DNA from: Octopus sinensis
Lineage: Eukaryota
Length of the DNA: 7,978 nt
NCBI RefSeq assembly: GCF_006345805.1
Contig: NW_021828602.1
Coordinates: forward strand, 1 to 7,978
Reading direction: 5' to 3'
Shown here: positions 7,497 through 7,978 of the stretch, in pieces
Numbering within the stretch: position 1 is the first letter of the stretch
How the letters are laid out: each line of letters starts with the position of its first letter
The notes under the pieces: generated by a model
What the model was told of the DNA's origin: nothing
What the model saw: the letters and a program-made list of their open reading frames with translations, nothing else
The model's database searches: none
Position numbers and translations under genes: made by a program

Positions 7497-7629
7497 CTTT
7501 TTTAACAACGAAAAAACAGAGTACAAGACAAACTACACAAGGAAAATTCCCCTTCATCAGCTGTCCCTAGTTCAACTCCAGCGTGTTTCGAGGGTGAGGA
7601 CAGAACACGGCTCGTCGAACTAGCCCTTC
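7497..7629 (-). other. Candidate 133-nt non-coding exon (5' UTR or lncRNA)
   Basis: Minus-strand acceptor ATTTTATTTAATTCTTTCGCAG|G and donor AAAG|GTACGT. GC-richer than its T-rich flanks; stop codons in all three frames. Confidence 0.45.
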
Positions 7630-7715
7630 CTGCGAAAGAATTAAATAAAATTACTACGCAGACGGGTAAAAACAAGGAAAGAAAAAAATGTGACAAAAAC
7701 AGGACGTAAAAACGA

Positions 7716-7807
7716 TACAAATAAAATTACAAAATAAAATACAAAATAAAAATACAATTACAAAAAAATACAGTACAAGAAATAAAAACAAACAAGAAAA
7801 CAAACAA
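7716..7807 (+). repeat. A-rich pentamer-like repeats (AAAAT/AAAAC)
   Basis: Direct reading. Confidence 0.8.
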
Positions 7808-7912
7808 TGAGGGCCTTTTTTGGCCTAGACGAGGAAAGATTCTTAAGAGCGCTGGAAGAACATGTGTTCACTGTTAGAAGGCCGCAGGCGAAAGGAAGTA
7901 GTCGCCCAGTTG

Positions 7913-7955
7913 TGAGAGAGATGAGGAGGAGTGAGAGAGAGAGAGAGAGAGAGAG
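7913..7955 (+). repeat. (AG)n tract
   Basis: Direct reading. Confidence 0.9.
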
Positions 7956-7978
7956 GAAGACAAGCGGCTATGAGAGAG

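Noticed and set aside
7812-7825. GGCC-T6-GGCC hairpin as a terminator
   Set aside because: A 4-bp stem with no associated Pol III unit, and not relevant in a eukaryotic Pol II context.

Overview
Eukaryotic, extremely microsatellite-rich, non-coding DNA. The SINE sequences and repeat density point to an octopus or other coleoid cephalopod (recognition-based inference, not verified by search). No intact protein-coding gene is supported; the long ORFs are translations of simple repeats. Main content: (i) three mutually divergent, 5'-truncated 3' ends of RLE-type non-LTR retrotransposons of the R4/Dong type (1-293, 3682-4002, 4995-5187), plus a 500-bp non-coding block (3120-3618), all on + and mostly strung along one ~2.5-kb (AAT)n-based array; (ii) tRNA-derived SINEs: one full-length copy on + in (TA)n, and three copies of another family on -; (iii) two long inverted repeats (362-537, 699-843), the second made of two retroposon 3' tips facing outward around (TA)n; (iv) short unique islands with candidate minus-strand exons (7497-7629, 1111-1165) and promoter-like motifs (1229-1375, 6954-6981).
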